A DNA stretch of 64,000 bases from Thermoanaerobaculia bacterium (GTDB taxonomy: Bacteria > Acidobacteriota > Thermoanaerobaculia > Multivoradales > JAIOJS01): the NCBI GenBank assembly GCA_963846495.1, contig CAWJWP010000033.1, forward strand, positions 87,252-151,251. Reading direction: 5' to 3'. The notes under the pieces were generated by a model that saw nothing but the letters and a program-made list of their open reading frames with translations, did not search any database and was not told where the DNA came from. The translations under genes were made by a program, and so were the position numbers. Shown piece by piece: positions 43,254-53,914 of this stretch (its first letter is position 1; every line of letters starts with the position of its first letter).

Positions 43254-45740
43254 CTAAGGAGGGACTGGCCGCGCGCGCGGCGGCGGCAACAGCCATGCGC
43301 AGCCGCCGGCGAGCGCCAGCCCCGCGAGCAGACAGCCGAGAAGGAACCCCGGCGGCCGGTAGAGCAGCTCGAGCGCGTGCTCGCCGGCGGGCAGCCAGGC
43401 GCCGATCAACGGCCCGTTGGTGAGCACGGTGCGCTGCGGCCGACTGTCGACCAGCAGCCGCCAGCCGCCGTCTTGGTAGATGCTGCCGGCAAGCAGCCGC
43501 AGCTCCGGCGCCCGGCTCGCCGCCGACCAGCGGCCGGGCTCGCGGCGCGTGGCGTCGACCGCTCCGCGCCCCGCCCGCTTCGCCCGCCAGCGCGTGCCGT
43601 CGCGTCCGGGCGGCGGCTCCGACACCAGCACCCGCGCCGCGAAGTCGCGCGAGCGCCGCACCCACTGCACCCACTGGCCGGGCTGCGGCACCATCGCCGC
43701 CGGCGGCAGGAAGAGGCGCGGCAGCCGGCGCGGATGCTCGTAGATCCACAGCCGGTCGTCACGATAGACGGTGGGAAGGAACAGGTGGTGTTTCGGCGGC
43801 GCCAACAGGTAGCGCACACCCAGCAGGTCGTAGAGCCGCGCGCCCGGCTGGCCGAGGTGCGCGGAGGTGGCGAGCGTCTGCGGGCCTTCGCGCAACGCGT
43901 CGACGAGCTCGAGGTACGGGCGCGGCCGCGCCGGCCCGTCGATGCGCGCGTCGGGCAGACCGTAGAACTGGGCGAAGTTGGGCGGGAAGACGTTGCCGAT
44001 GCCGACCATCCGCTCGCCCTGCAGGTTGCGCTGCAGGAAGCGCAAGCCGCGCGTCCACGGATAGAAGAGCCGCTTCGGCCCCGGCGTCAGCGCCATGGCG
44101 TGGAGGGCGAAGAGCTCGGCGGCGACGACGGCCGCGAGCGCCCACGGAGCAACGACACGCGCGCGCGGCCAGCGCTCGCCGCCGGCGAGGAGCACGACGC
44201 CGACGATCGCCGCGGCGGCCGCGAGCTGCTTCCACAGCAGAGCAGTCTGCGTGGGTCCTAGCTCGTCCGCGCCCGGCGGCGGATGTCCGACGTACGCCCA
44301 AACGACGAGCGCGACGACGACGACGACGCCGGCGACGAGCGCCGCAACGTCGCGATCGCGGCGTCGCCAGCGCTCCACTTCGCACGCAGCCAGATAGCAG
44401 GCAACGAGCGCGACGAGCAGCATCAGCCGGTGGTTCTCGTGCACCGACGAGGGGCCGAACAGTGGCAGCTGCCCGAGCCAGCGGTTGACCAGCGGCGGCT
44501 TGGCGACGAGCAGCAGCGAGACGCCGGCGAACGCGGCGAGCAGCCCTTCCTGCGGCATCCATGACCGTGCCGCCTCGCCGCGCCGTCGCCGCGCGCGCCG
44601 TGCTACGGCAGCGAGCGCCAGCACGCCGATCGCCGCGCCCACCGAAGGCGAGGCCTGCTCGACGACGTTGGACTCGCCCCAGAACTGCTCGTGGTCGCCC
44701 CAGGCGCGCAACGCCAGCGTCGACAGCAGCTGCGGCTCGACGCGCGCCCGCCACTGCCGCCAGATCTCCGGCTCCTGCCACTTCGTCCACAGCTGCGCCG
44801 GTGTCGGCGGCGCGAGGTGGATCTGCAGCGCGCCGGCGCGTTCGGTCTGCGGCAGATAGCGCTGTTGGAGGAGGAGCAGCGGCGCCACCAGCAGCCCGGC
44901 GACGAGCGCGGCGCCGACGCAGCGCTGCAGGAAGGGCAACACCGGCGCGCCGCCGCGGCGCCGCTCCCACGCCAACGCCAGCACCACGAGCCCGAGCAGC
45001 AGCCCCGTCTGCACGATCGTCTCCGGGTGACCGCCGAGGAGTAGCGCCGTCGTCACCGCGGCGAGCAGCGCCGCGTCGCGCCGGCCGCCGACCTGATGGC
45101 AGCGCACGACGGCGTAGAGTGCGAGCGGCGTCCAGGCGACGACGTTGGCAAGCGGCCACCCGACCCAGAGGATCAATCCGCCGCAGAGCCCGTAGCCGAG
45201 GCTGCCGACGAGCGCCGCCGCTTCGCCGAGCCCTTGACGCCGCAGCAGCAGGAAAGCGCCGACGAGCGCGACGAGGACGCGCAGCGCCGCGATGGCGCCG
45301 AAGGCGGCGGCGAGCGACAGCGGCGCCGTGACAGCTAGGAACGGCTGGAAGACCTGCGACTGCGGATCGGCCATCAGCGGCATGCCGGCGCCGGCGTGCT
45401 CGTTCCACAGCGGCCAGCGCCCGTCGTCGAGCGCGCGCCGCACCTGCGCCATCCACGGCGCCATCTGGTGCACGAGGTCGCCCTGCAGCGCATGTGTCGG
45501 CGGCGTGGGCGGCTTGAACTGATGAAACGGCGCGAAGCCGACGAGGTTCCCCAGCGGCAGCTGCACCTTGCCGCCGACGAGCGCCGGCCCGAGCAGCAGC
45601 AGGAGCAGCAGCGCGAAGATCGCGGCGGCGCGGTGCGGCACCGGGTCGAACCAGCGGCGCAGCGCGGCGAGCAGCGCCGCTCCCCACACCAGCACCAGCG
45701 CCGCGGGCAACAGCGCGGCGGGCGTCCACCCCGGGGCCAC
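43254..45740 (-). CDS. YfhO-like large polytopic membrane protein (GT-C-like glycan/teichoic-acid-type glycosyltransferase candidate)
   Basis: 828 aa. About 14 TM helices in the N-terminal 520 aa plus a C-terminal extracytoplasmic domain. Architecture as in the YfhO family. Confidence 0.55.
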   Translation of the reverse strand: MAPGWTPAALLPAALVLVWGAALLAALRRWFDPVPHRAAAIFALLLLLLLGPALVGGKVQLPLGNLVGFAPFHQFKPPTPPTHALQGDLVHQMAPWMAQVRRALDDGRWPLWNEHAGAGMPLMADPQSQVFQPFLAVTAPLSLAAAFGAIAALRVLVALVGAFLLLRRQGLGEAAALVGSLGYGLCGGLILWVGWPLANVVAWTPLALYAVVRCHQVGGRRDAALLAAVTTALLLGGHPETIVQTGLLLGLVVLALAWERRRGGAPVLPFLQRCVGAALVAGLLVAPLLLLQQRYLPQTERAGALQIHLAPPTPAQLWTKWQEPEIWRQWRARVEPQLLSTLALRAWGDHEQFWGESNVVEQASPSVGAAIGVLALAAVARRARRRRGEAARSWMPQEGLLAAFAGVSLLLVAKPPLVNRWLGQLPLFGPSSVHENHRLMLLVALVACYLAACEVERWRRRDRDVAALVAGVVVVVALVVWAYVGHPPPGADELGPTQTALLWKQLAAAAAIVGVVLLAGGERWPRARVVAPWALAAVVAAELFALHAMALTPGPKRLFYPWTRGLRFLQRNLQGERMVGIGNVFPPNFAQFYGLPDARIDGPARPRPYLELVDALREGPQTLATSAHLGQPGARLYDLLGVRYLLAPPKHHLFLPTVYRDDRLWIYEHPRRLPRLFLPPAAMVPQPGQWVQWVRRSRDFAARVLVSEPPPGRDGTRWRAKRAGRGAVDATRREPGRWSAASRAPELRLLAGSIYQDGGWRLLVDSRPQRTVLTNGPLIGAWLPAGEHALELLYRPPGFLLGCLLAGLALAGGCAWLLPPPRARPVPP

Positions 45741-45788
45741 CGCTAGTGCCCCGTCTCGCGCCGGCCTTTTCGAACGCGCCCGGCCACG

Positions 45789-47133
45789 CTACGTCTCGTC
45801 GGTCAGCCGCAGCGTCCGCTTGAGGCGGAACCAGGTGTCGCGCAGCTTCCAGAAGCGGCTCGCGCGCATGGCGGCGATAGTGGTGCGCAGGGTGCCGATC
45901 TCGTGCTCCGCCCAGGCGCGGTGCGCGGCCAGCTCGCCGCGGAGGAGATGGAGCGACGCGCGCGCTTCGCGCGCCTGCAGGCTCTTCGCCTGAAGCGCGA
46001 GCGCGAGCGGGCGCCCAACCCAGATCGGATGGCGCCCGCCGCCGGCGTCGACGGTGCGCAGCAGGAGCACCGACTCGAGCGGCGTGGCGGTAGAGGGCAG
46101 CGCCAGCTGAAGCGACCAGCCGCTGCGCGCGGCGGCTGGGCCGAGCGCAGCGGCGACATCGCCGCGCGGATGCTCGACGGCGGCGACGCCGAGCTCGCGG
46201 CCGTCGAGCGTCGCTTCGATGCGGACGACCGTGCCGTGACGCGCGTGCGCCCAGCCGGTGAGCGCGATGTTGGCGGTCGCGAGCTCGCAGTCTTCGATCA
46301 CCACCTCGGGCTCGCTCTGCAGCACGAATTCGGCGAAGGCGGCGCTCGCACCTTCGCCGGCCGGCGCATCGACCACCACCCAGAGGTCCTGGTGGTTGCA
46401 GAGGGCGCGCGCGAAGCGCTTCGCGGCGACCGGCCGGCCGGCGGCAGCGAGCGCGGCGCGCACGAAGTCCTCGTCGACCCAAGTGGAGCCGTAGTCCTCG
46501 ACCGCCAGGTCGGCGATCTCGCTGTGCGGCTGGAAGACGCAGCCGCCCGCCGCGCGCTGCTCGGGAGGAAGCAGCGCGAGGGCGTGCGTGCTGAAGGCGA
46601 GCGCGCCGCCGGGCGCGAGCCGCGCGAGGAGCGCCGCCAGCCACGCCGCGAAGCGGTGCTCCGGCAGGTGCGTGAAGAGCGAGGTGACGAAGATGGCGTC
46701 GAACGGCCCATGCACGCCCAGGTCTTCGGGGCGCGGCGTGGAGGTGAGGGCTCGCACGCCGAAGGTGCGGCGCTGGAAGGCGACCGCGCCCGGCAGCACG
46801 TCGGCGGCGGTCACCGCAGCAGCCGGCACCTCGCCGAGCAGGAAGCGGGTGACACGCCCGTAGCCGCTCGCAAAATCGAGCAGCGACGACACGCGCGAGG
46901 CGTCGCCGAAGCGCCAGCGCAGCACCTGCAACAGCACCGCCGCGATCGAAGCGCCGCTGCGGTAGTAAGCGCAGAGCGCCTGCTCGGGGTCGCCGCCGTG
47001 CAGGTCGCGCAGAAAGGCCAGCATCTCGTCGCCGGGATCGACCTCGAGCCGCGGGTCGTCGGCCGACCTCCCCCACTCGGCGAGGAGCGCGCGGACGCCC
47101 GGCGGCGGCGCAGCGAGCGCGGTTTGCGGCATG
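45789..47133 (-). CDS. Class I SAM methyltransferase with C-terminal uncharacterised domain (paralog B)
   Basis: LLDFASGYGRVTRFL ... FDAIFVTSLFTHLP ... C-terminal MRASRFWKLRDTWFRLKRTLRL. Start taken at MPQTALAAPP by alignment with paralog A (+/- 1 nt). Confidence 0.6.
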
Positions 47134-47259
47134 GCCGCGGAGCATACCGCCCGCCGCTCGCCGAGCCGCGCGGCGGCCCAGGGCGCGGCGGCGGCAACCC
47201 GCCGCGCAGCACGTTCGTACCTAGAGCTGCCGACACCCCGCCCACCCCAGGAGGCACGC

Positions 47260-48993
47260 ATGCGCAGCGTTTGCTCGATGGTCCTGCTGTCGATCTCCTG
47301 CCTCGTCGCCGTCGGACCCACAATCACGGCGACCGCCGCGGCCGTCGCTGGCGAGGACGTTGCCGCCTTCGTCGAGACCCTGCGCCAGGCGCGCGCCAAG
47401 GGCGACGCAGCGCAGTGGCCGGAGGCCGCGGCGCTCTGGGAGCAGGTCGTTCGCACGAACCCGGTCAACCCCTACTTCTGGAGCGGCCTCGCCAACGCGC
47501 GTTACCTCGCCAAGGACTACCGCGGCGCCATCACCGCCTACGAGCGCGCCATGGAGCTCGGTGCGCCGGCGGCGGGTCCGGCTGCCGGCGCCTACCGCAT
47601 CGCCTGCAGCTACGCGCTCCTCGGCAACGAGGCGCTGGCGATGCAGTGGCTCGAACGCGCCTTCGCCATGGGCTTCGCGTCGCTCGAGCGTGCCCGCAGC
47701 GACGACGCGCTGGCGTCGCTGCGCGACGAGCCGCGCTTCAAGAAGCTCCTCGGCGTCGAGGACGTGTCGAGGCTCTCGCGCGACGAAGGATGGCGCCACG
47801 ACCTTGCCATTCTCGCCGCCGAGGTGCGGCGCAAGGGATTCCTCGTCCGCCGCACGGTGACGCCGGAGCAATTCGACGCCAAGGTGCGCGAGCTCCACGA
47901 GCAAATTCCGCAGCTCACCGACTGGCAGGTGGTCCTCGGGCTGATGCGGCTGATGGTCTTCCTCGACGACGGCCACACGGCGCTGTGGGCATTCGGCGAC
48001 AACCCGTTCTTCGGCACCGCGGTGCCGCTGCAGTTCCTCTGGTTCGAGGAGGGACCGGGCATCGTCTCCGCCGACCCGAAGTACGCCGATCTCGTGGGCG
48101 CAGAGGTGCTGGCGATCGACGGCCACCCGCCCTCGGAAGTGCTGACGGCGATGACGCCCTATCTCAACCGCGACCGCGGCAACGCGCGCGTGACGAGGCT
48201 CCAGACCGCGTACGCGATGCGGCACTCGACGCTGCTTGACGCGCTGGGCATCGCCGCGCGCGCGGACGCTTTGACGCTCACCGTCCGCGACCGCGGCGGC
48301 GCGACGCGAACGGCGGTGGTCACCGCCGACAAGACGCAACCGAACATCTGGAACGTCAAGCCCAACCCGCCGGCGTGGGTGAGGTACGCCTCGACGCTGC
48401 CCCACCCGCCGCTCTATCTCCGCAACATGGAGAAGCCTTACTGGTTCGAATACCTGCCGGAGAAGAAGACCGTCTACTTCGCCTACAACCAGGTCGTTCC
48501 TGACGAGAGCGAGCCGATCGAGAAGTTCGTGTCGCGGCTCTTCGCCTTCATCGACGGGCACGAGGTCGACAAGCTGGTCGTCGACATGCGCTGGAACAAC
48601 GGCGGCAACACCTTCGTCGGCCAGCCGCTGTTGCGGGCGCTGCTCGCCAATCGCAAGGTCAACCAGCCGGGGAAGCTGTTCGTCATCATCGGCCAGCGCA
48701 CCTACTCCGCGGCGCAGAACATGGCGACCTACTTCGAACGCTTCACCGACGCGATCTTCGTCGGCGAGCCCACCGGCTCGAGCCCGAACTTCATCGGCGA
48801 AGAGGACCCGGTGGTGCTGCCGTACAGCAAGCTGATGGCGAACGTCTCGCACCTCTACTGGCAGGGCTCGTGGCCGCGCGACGAGCGGATGTGGCTGGCG
48901 CCCGAGGTCTACGTGCCGCCGACCTGGGCCGACTTCCGCGCCGGCCGCGACGCGGCGCTCGAGGCGGTGCTGGCATACCCGCCGGCGAAGTGA
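47260..48993 (+). CDS. Secreted TPR-domain protein with C-terminal S41-like (tail-specific/tricorn-type) peptidase domain
   Basis: Signal peptide MRSVCSMVLLSISCLVAVG with an AGGAGG RBS. TPR-like N-terminal region (YFWSGLANARYLAKDYRGAITAYERAMELG). C-terminal VDKLVVDMRWNNGGN resembles the S41 core. Confidence 0.55.
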   Translation: MRSVCSMVLLSISCLVAVGPTITATAAAVAGEDVAAFVETLRQARAKGDAAQWPEAAALWEQVVRTNPVNPYFWSGLANARYLAKDYRGAITAYERAMELGAPAAGPAAGAYRIACSYALLGNEALAMQWLERAFAMGFASLERARSDDALASLRDEPRFKKLLGVEDVSRLSRDEGWRHDLAILAAEVRRKGFLVRRTVTPEQFDAKVRELHEQIPQLTDWQVVLGLMRLMVFLDDGHTALWAFGDNPFFGTAVPLQFLWFEEGPGIVSADPKYADLVGAEVLAIDGHPPSEVLTAMTPYLNRDRGNARVTRLQTAYAMRHSTLLDALGIAARADALTLTVRDRGGATRTAVVTADKTQPNIWNVKPNPPAWVRYASTLPHPPLYLRNMEKPYWFEYLPEKKTVYFAYNQVVPDESEPIEKFVSRLFAFIDGHEVDKLVVDMRWNNGGNTFVGQPLLRALLANRKVNQPGKLFVIIGQRTYSAAQNMATYFERFTDAIFVGEPTGSSPNFIGEEDPVVLPYSKLMANVSHLYWQGSWPRDERMWLAPEVYVPPTWADFRAGRDAALEAVLAYPPAK

Positions 48994-49246
48994 GGTCGGC
49001 GGCGCGGCGAGGCTGCCAGCGCGAAGGAGCTGTGCGAGCGCGACGTGGCTGCGCGAGCCGACCTTAGGTGAGCGCGGCAACGTGGTGCCACGTTGCACGG
49101 GGCGCGTGGATCGTACTGCCCATGGCGTGCTGGCGCCGGCGCCGCGATATCGTTCGCGCGCCGCGCCGAGACTGCTCTAGCAATGACACTCGTCGACTCT
49201 GCCGTCGAACGACGCTCCGCACCCACTGCGTCGCCGCGCTGTCGAC

Positions 49247-49633
49247 GTGGCGCTCGCGGCGCTCGTGCTGTGGGCGGCAGGCGCGATGCTCTTCGAGGCG
49301 CACGGCGCGCGCCACGATTGGCTCGGCGGGCATCTCCACCAGCCGACGTCGGCGTACTGGCGGCTCGACACCAAGCCCACGGAGCGCTTGCGGCGTTGCG
49401 TCGAGCTCGCCGACAAGTTGCTCGCGCCGGGTGAGCCGTTGCTGCTTTGGGATGCCGGCAACGACTTCTACCGCTGGCGATGGACGGCGTACTTCCTGCC
49501 CCACCGCGACGTCGTCCACGCGCGCGAAGGAACGCCTGCCGGCTCGCTGGTGGTCGCCAGCTCGCGCACGGCGCCGCCGGGCGCGCGGCTGGAGCGCGGC
49601 GAGCGCTGGTGCGGGCTCTACCGGCTGCCGTGA
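49247..49633 (+). CDS. Small hypothetical protein
   Basis: 128-aa ORF with a hydrophobic N-terminus. Its stop overlaps the GTG of the next gene (GTGA at 49630-49633). Confidence 0.3.
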   Translation: MALAALVLWAAGAMLFEAHGARHDWLGGHLHQPTSAYWRLDTKPTERLRRCVELADKLLAPGEPLLLWDAGNDFYRWRWTAYFLPHRDVVHAREGTPAGSLVVASSRTAPPGARLERGERWCGLYRLP

Positions 49634-51003
49634 CGCGTCCGCAGCGGCTCTTGCTCGGCTTCGTCGGCGGCTGCCTGCTGCTCCACCTCGAGCTGAGCCT
49701 GTACGACCTGCTCGACTGGCGCTGGAGTCCTGCTCTCGTGCTGGCGCCGCTCATCGTCGCCGCGACGGTTGGACTCTTCCTCGCGCGCCGCTGGCCGGCG
49801 CAGCCAAGCGCGCCTCCGGGCTGGGGCGATGCGCTCGCGCTGCTCGCCGTGATCGCCTTCGCCGCGCTCGCCTGGACCGGCTGGATCGCCATTCCCGACT
49901 TCATCTATCACTGGGGCCTCAAGGGCCACCGCTTCCTGCTCGCCGGCCACGTCGACTACACGTTCCTGGCGCAGCCGAACGGTTGGGTCTTCCATCCCGA
50001 CTACCCCAACCTCTACCCCGAGCTGCTCGCCACCACGGCGATGCTCACCGGCTGGCGCGAGCCGGCGCTGCTCCTCTGGTCGCCGCTGTTGCTCCTCCTC
50101 GTCCTCGTCGCGGTGCGCGAGCTGCTCGTGCAGGAACAGGTGCGGACGCAGCGCCGACACGCCGTCGTCGCGTTGGTCGCGTTCGGCTGCGCTGCGTTCG
50201 CCATCGGCAACTTGATGGCGGGCGCCGCCGATTGGCTACCGACGCTGGCGCTCGCCGCGGCGCTGCCGGCGCTGGTTGCACCGCCGTCGCGCGAAGGCAA
50301 TTGGCAACTCGGCTTGTGCGCGGCGCTCGCGGCGGCGAGCAAGCAGGAAGGGCTCACTCTCGCCGTGCTCCTCGTCGCGGTGCAGCTCACCCGCTTGTTC
50401 TGGCGCGGCCGCCGTCCCGACGCACCAGGCCTAGCCGCGCTGCTCCTGCCACCGACGCTCGTCGTCGCCTACACCTGGTGGCGCATCGTCCACCACCACC
50501 TGCTGCAGAGCTACGACAAAGGCCTGCCCACGCTGAAGCGACTCTTCGCCACACTGCGCCTCGTCGCCGAAGAAATCGTCGCGCCCGAGTGGTACGGCCT
50601 CTCGCTCCTGCTCCTCGCGCTGCCGGTGCTGCTGTGCGTGCCGCGCCTGCGTCCCTTCGCCGCCGTCGCCTGCCTGCAGCTCGCCGCCTACGTCGCCAGC
50701 TGCGCCGGCCAGGACACCGACACGCGCCTGCTCGTCATCACCACCTTCACGCGCTTCGTCCTGCAGCTCTGGCCGGCGACCATCGCCGCCATCGCCGTCG
50801 CGCTGTTCGCCGGCGCGGCGCGAGATAGCTCGCCGTCGGTCTCCCAAACGGGGGTCAAGCGAGCGGGGCCCGGAGATCCGGGCCCCGCGAAGAGGATGCG
50901 TCTGCGGGCCGGCGCTAGAAGCGCAGGCCGACGGCGAGGCGGTAGGTGCGCGGCTGCTGGAAGGCGAGCGGGTTCGTCGCCTTGCCGAACTGCGAGCCCT
51001 TGA
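49630..51003 (+). CDS. Polytopic membrane protein of unknown function
   Basis: About 12 hydrophobic helices. The 3' end overlaps the convergent TonB receptor gene by about 89 nt; the true stop may be earlier if an indel is present. Confidence 0.45.
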   Translation: MTRPQRLLLGFVGGCLLLHLELSLYDLLDWRWSPALVLAPLIVAATVGLFLARRWPAQPSAPPGWGDALALLAVIAFAALAWTGWIAIPDFIYHWGLKGHRFLLAGHVDYTFLAQPNGWVFHPDYPNLYPELLATTAMLTGWREPALLLWSPLLLLLVLVAVRELLVQEQVRTQRRHAVVALVAFGCAAFAIGNLMAGAADWLPTLALAAALPALVAPPSREGNWQLGLCAALAAASKQEGLTLAVLLVAVQLTRLFWRGRRPDAPGLAALLLPPTLVVAYTWWRIVHHHLLQSYDKGLPTLKRLFATLRLVAEEIVAPEWYGLSLLLLALPVLLCVPRLRPFAAVACLQLAAYVASCAGQDTDTRLLVITTFTRFVLQLWPATIAAIAVALFAGAARDSSPSVSQTGVKRAGPGDPGPAKRMRLRAGARSAGRRRGGRCAAAGRRAGSSPCRTASP

Positions 51004-53914
51004 CCCAGTGCACCCCTTCCACCGGCGTCTCGGTGAAGGGGTTGAAGGCGAGGCACCGTCCGGTCGGCGAGCCCGGGCAGGCGGCGGCAGTGTCCGCCGT
51101 CAGCACCGAGGTGTTGAAGTAGCGGATGTCGGTGGTGTCGATGTCGTCGTTGTTGAAGACGTTGATCACTTCCGGCTTGAGGAACAGGTTGATGGAACCC
51201 AGGTTCACGTCGTAGTTGAACGACAAGTCGGTGGTGGTGATGTCCGGAGTGGTGAGCTCGCCGCGATCGGTGAAGAAGTAGGTGACCCGCACCGGCGGCG
51301 TCAGGTAACCGGGATTCGTCACGTAGCTGCCGCCGGCGGGGTTGGCGAGCGTGATGTTGCCCGCCGCCTCGTAGGGGTGACCGCTGGCGTAGCTCTGCAG
51401 CAGCGAGACGCTCAGGTTGTGGCGCTCGCCGTCGAGGATCCGGTAGACGCCGTAGAAATTCAGACGATGGCGCTGGTCGAGGCTGAGCGAACCCTTGGGG
51501 GCGTTCCACGCCAGGTCGAAGTACTCGGGGTAGTTGCCGAAGCCCCCGGCCAGCGGACCGCTGCCCTGGTTCTCGCCGTTGAAGTTGCCTTCCGTCTTCG
51601 ACAGCGTGTAGTTGCCGCCGAGGTCGAGCCGGTCGCTCGCCCGATAGCGGAACTGGGTGTGCAGGCCCATGTACTCGCGCTCGTACAGGTCGTCGTTGTT
51701 CTCCACCAGGGTGAGGTCGAAGTTCTGCACCACGTTGCCGAGCTGACCCCGCACCTGGCCGGTCGAGGTGTCGGTGCGCTGGTGGTAGAAGTTGCCCCAG
51801 TCGCGGTAGACGACGTCGGCGCGGACGAGGCCGCGGACGCCCAGCCGGGCGCTGGCGCCCACCGTGTACTCCGTCACGTTCGGAGAATCCAGGGTGCCGC
51901 GGATCTGCTGATTGACGCCACGGAGCGCGGCGGCTTGCAGCGGGAGCTGGCCGCCGCCGACCGGGTTGGCGACCGTCGGCAGCCCGCCGTTGTTGGTGGC
52001 GAACCAGTCGAAGATGCGCTGCAGGGCCACGTCCGTGCTGACGCCGCTGATCGCCGGCCCGGTGTAGGCCCACTGGAAGGCCCACGGCACGCCGGCCGGC
52101 GAGCTGCTGTCGGCGATGCTGTTGGCGAGCGCCGCCACGTACTGGCCGTAGCTGCCGTAGAGGGTGAAGTCGCCGTTGCCGCGCAGGTCGTAGCTCGCCG
52201 CCAAGCGGGGGGAGATCGACGAGTCGTCGGCCACCGTCTGGCCGAAGGCGTTCTTGCCGTCGTTGATGTCGTAGCGCAGCCCGAGGTTCACGCTCAAGCG
52301 GTCGCTGACGCGCCAGCTGTCGTTGACGAAGTAGGAGTTGGTCTTGAAGCTCGTCCCCTGGCTCTCGTTGATGATGGGCCAGTACTGGATGAGCGTCGAG
52401 CCGGGGTTGAAGATCGGAGTGACGTTCTGGCCATTGATCGCCGCGGTGGTGCCGAGGACGACGAAGTCGCTTCCCGACTGGTGGTTGTCGGAGAGACGGA
52501 TGTCCTCGAAGGTGTCGTAGCCGGCCACCAGGTCGTGCGAGCCCATGTTGTCGGTGGTGAGGAAGTAGGAGCCCTTCAGCAAGGCGTTGGTGTTGTCGCG
52601 CTCTTCGGGCTTGCAGACGCCGCAGAAGACCGGGCTGTTGTAGCGCGGACCGCGCGTGCGGTCCTGGACCCAGGTGCCGGCGATGTTGTCGGTGAACTTC
52701 GAGCCCGAGCCGATGAAGGTGAACTGGCGCTCGGAGTACTGCCCGGTGAGCAGGAAGTTGCTGCCGAAGGTGCCGGTGTAGTTGAGCGCCCAGAGCTCCT
52801 GCGGCACCTGGCGCTGGCCGACGCTGGCCAAGTCGAAGACGGCGCCGAAGACGTTGGTCTCGGTCTCGTTGATCTCGCTGTAGTTGGCGAGCAGCGAGTG
52901 GCGCGGGGTGATGGTGGCGGTGAGCTTGCCCTCGTAGCGCTGCTGGTCCTCGAAGAAGGGGTAGGAGATGCTGGTCGTGGTGGTGTTACGGATCTCCTCC
53001 AGGTTCCGGTCGCGCCCGGCGAGGAAGAACCAGAGGCGGTCCTTCATGATCGGGCCGCCCAACGTGAGCTCGTAGGTGGGCACGTTCTTGTCGAGCTGCG
53101 CGGCGTCCCGGTTGGTCGTCGGGTCGAGGCGCTTCTCCTCCCACGACTGGTTGTTGAGGGTGACGCGCGCCGAGCCGTGGAGCTCGTTGCCGCCCGACTT
53201 GGTGAGCACGTTGATGACGCCGCCGGAGAAGCGCCCGAACTCGGCGGACACGCCGCCGCTGGCCGTCGTGGTCTCCTCGATGGCGTCCTCGATGAAGAGG
53301 TCGAACGCCTGGCCGCGGACGTTCTCGTTGAGCACCACGCCGTTGATCAGGAAGAGATTCTCGTAGGTGGGCGCACCCGAGACGGTGATGTTGCTGAGGC
53401 CGGTCTCCGAGTTCTTGCTCGGGCCGTTCGGCTGCACGCCGGGCGAGAGGGCGACGATCTGGGTGAGGCTACGCCCGGCCGGCAGCAGGTCGACGAGGGT
53501 CTTGCCGAAGGTGGTGGCGGCCTGCGGAGTCGTCGAGACGTTCTGCAAGGACTCGCCGGTGGTGGTGACCATGATCTCCTCGGTCAGCTGCGCGCCCGAC
53601 ATCACGGCGTCGAGCTGGCGCGCCTGGGCGGCCGAGATCCGCAGCTCCTGCCTGACCTCCACCATCCCCTCATGCTTGAAGAAGACGGTGTAGTCGCCAG
53701 CGGGCAGCGACGGGAAGAGGTAGTCACCACCCTCGGAGGTGGTCGCGGTACGTTCGCCCTGGAGACTGGGCGAGGTCACGGTGACCGTCACGTCGGGCAG
53801 CGGCACCCCTTCCGAGGTCACGCGGCCCGAGAGCTTGCCGGTCGGATTCCCCTGGCCCAGCGCTGGCAGCGCCAGCAGAGCGAGGGCGCAGGCGACGAGC
53901 GCAACTCTACGCAT
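50915..53914 (-). CDS. TonB-dependent outer-membrane receptor with N-terminal carboxypeptidase-regulatory-like domain
   Basis: Signal peptide, CarboxypepD_reg-like (GRVTSEGVPLPDVTVTVTS...GDY), a plug domain and a large beta-barrel ending ...YRLAVGLRF. AAGGAGG RBS. Confidence 0.85.
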   Translation of the reverse strand: MRRVALVACALALLALPALGQGNPTGKLSGRVTSEGVPLPDVTVTVTSPSLQGERTATTSEGGDYLFPSLPAGDYTVFFKHEGMVEVRQELRISAAQARQLDAVMSGAQLTEEIMVTTTGESLQNVSTTPQAATTFGKTLVDLLPAGRSLTQIVALSPGVQPNGPSKNSETGLSNITVSGAPTYENLFLINGVVLNENVRGQAFDLFIEDAIEETTTASGGVSAEFGRFSGGVINVLTKSGGNELHGSARVTLNNQSWEEKRLDPTTNRDAAQLDKNVPTYELTLGGPIMKDRLWFFLAGRDRNLEEIRNTTTTSISYPFFEDQQRYEGKLTATITPRHSLLANYSEINETETNVFGAVFDLASVGQRQVPQELWALNYTGTFGSNFLLTGQYSERQFTFIGSGSKFTDNIAGTWVQDRTRGPRYNSPVFCGVCKPEERDNTNALLKGSYFLTTDNMGSHDLVAGYDTFEDIRLSDNHQSGSDFVVLGTTAAINGQNVTPIFNPGSTLIQYWPIINESQGTSFKTNSYFVNDSWRVSDRLSVNLGLRYDINDGKNAFGQTVADDSSISPRLAASYDLRGNGDFTLYGSYGQYVAALANSIADSSSPAGVPWAFQWAYTGPAISGVSTDVALQRIFDWFATNNGGLPTVANPVGGGQLPLQAAALRGVNQQIRGTLDSPNVTEYTVGASARLGVRGLVRADVVYRDWGNFYHQRTDTSTGQVRGQLGNVVQNFDLTLVENNDDLYEREYMGLHTQFRYRASDRLDLGGNYTLSKTEGNFNGENQGSGPLAGGFGNYPEYFDLAWNAPKGSLSLDQRHRLNFYGVYRILDGERHNLSVSLLQSYASGHPYEAAGNITLANPAGGSYVTNPGYLTPPVRVTYFFTDRGELTTPDITTTDLSFNYDVNLGSINLFLKPEVINVFNNDDIDTTDIRYFNTSVLTADTAAACPGSPTGRCLAFNPFTETPVEGVHWVKGSQFGKATNPLAFQQPRTYRLAVGLRF

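Noticed and set aside
43759-47145. 1128-aa minus-strand ORF and the overlapping 778-aa plus-strand ORF (45903..48239)
   Set aside because: Extreme Arg/Ala/Gly bias with no motifs. They overlap well-supported YfhO-like, methyltransferase and S41/TPR genes in other frames.
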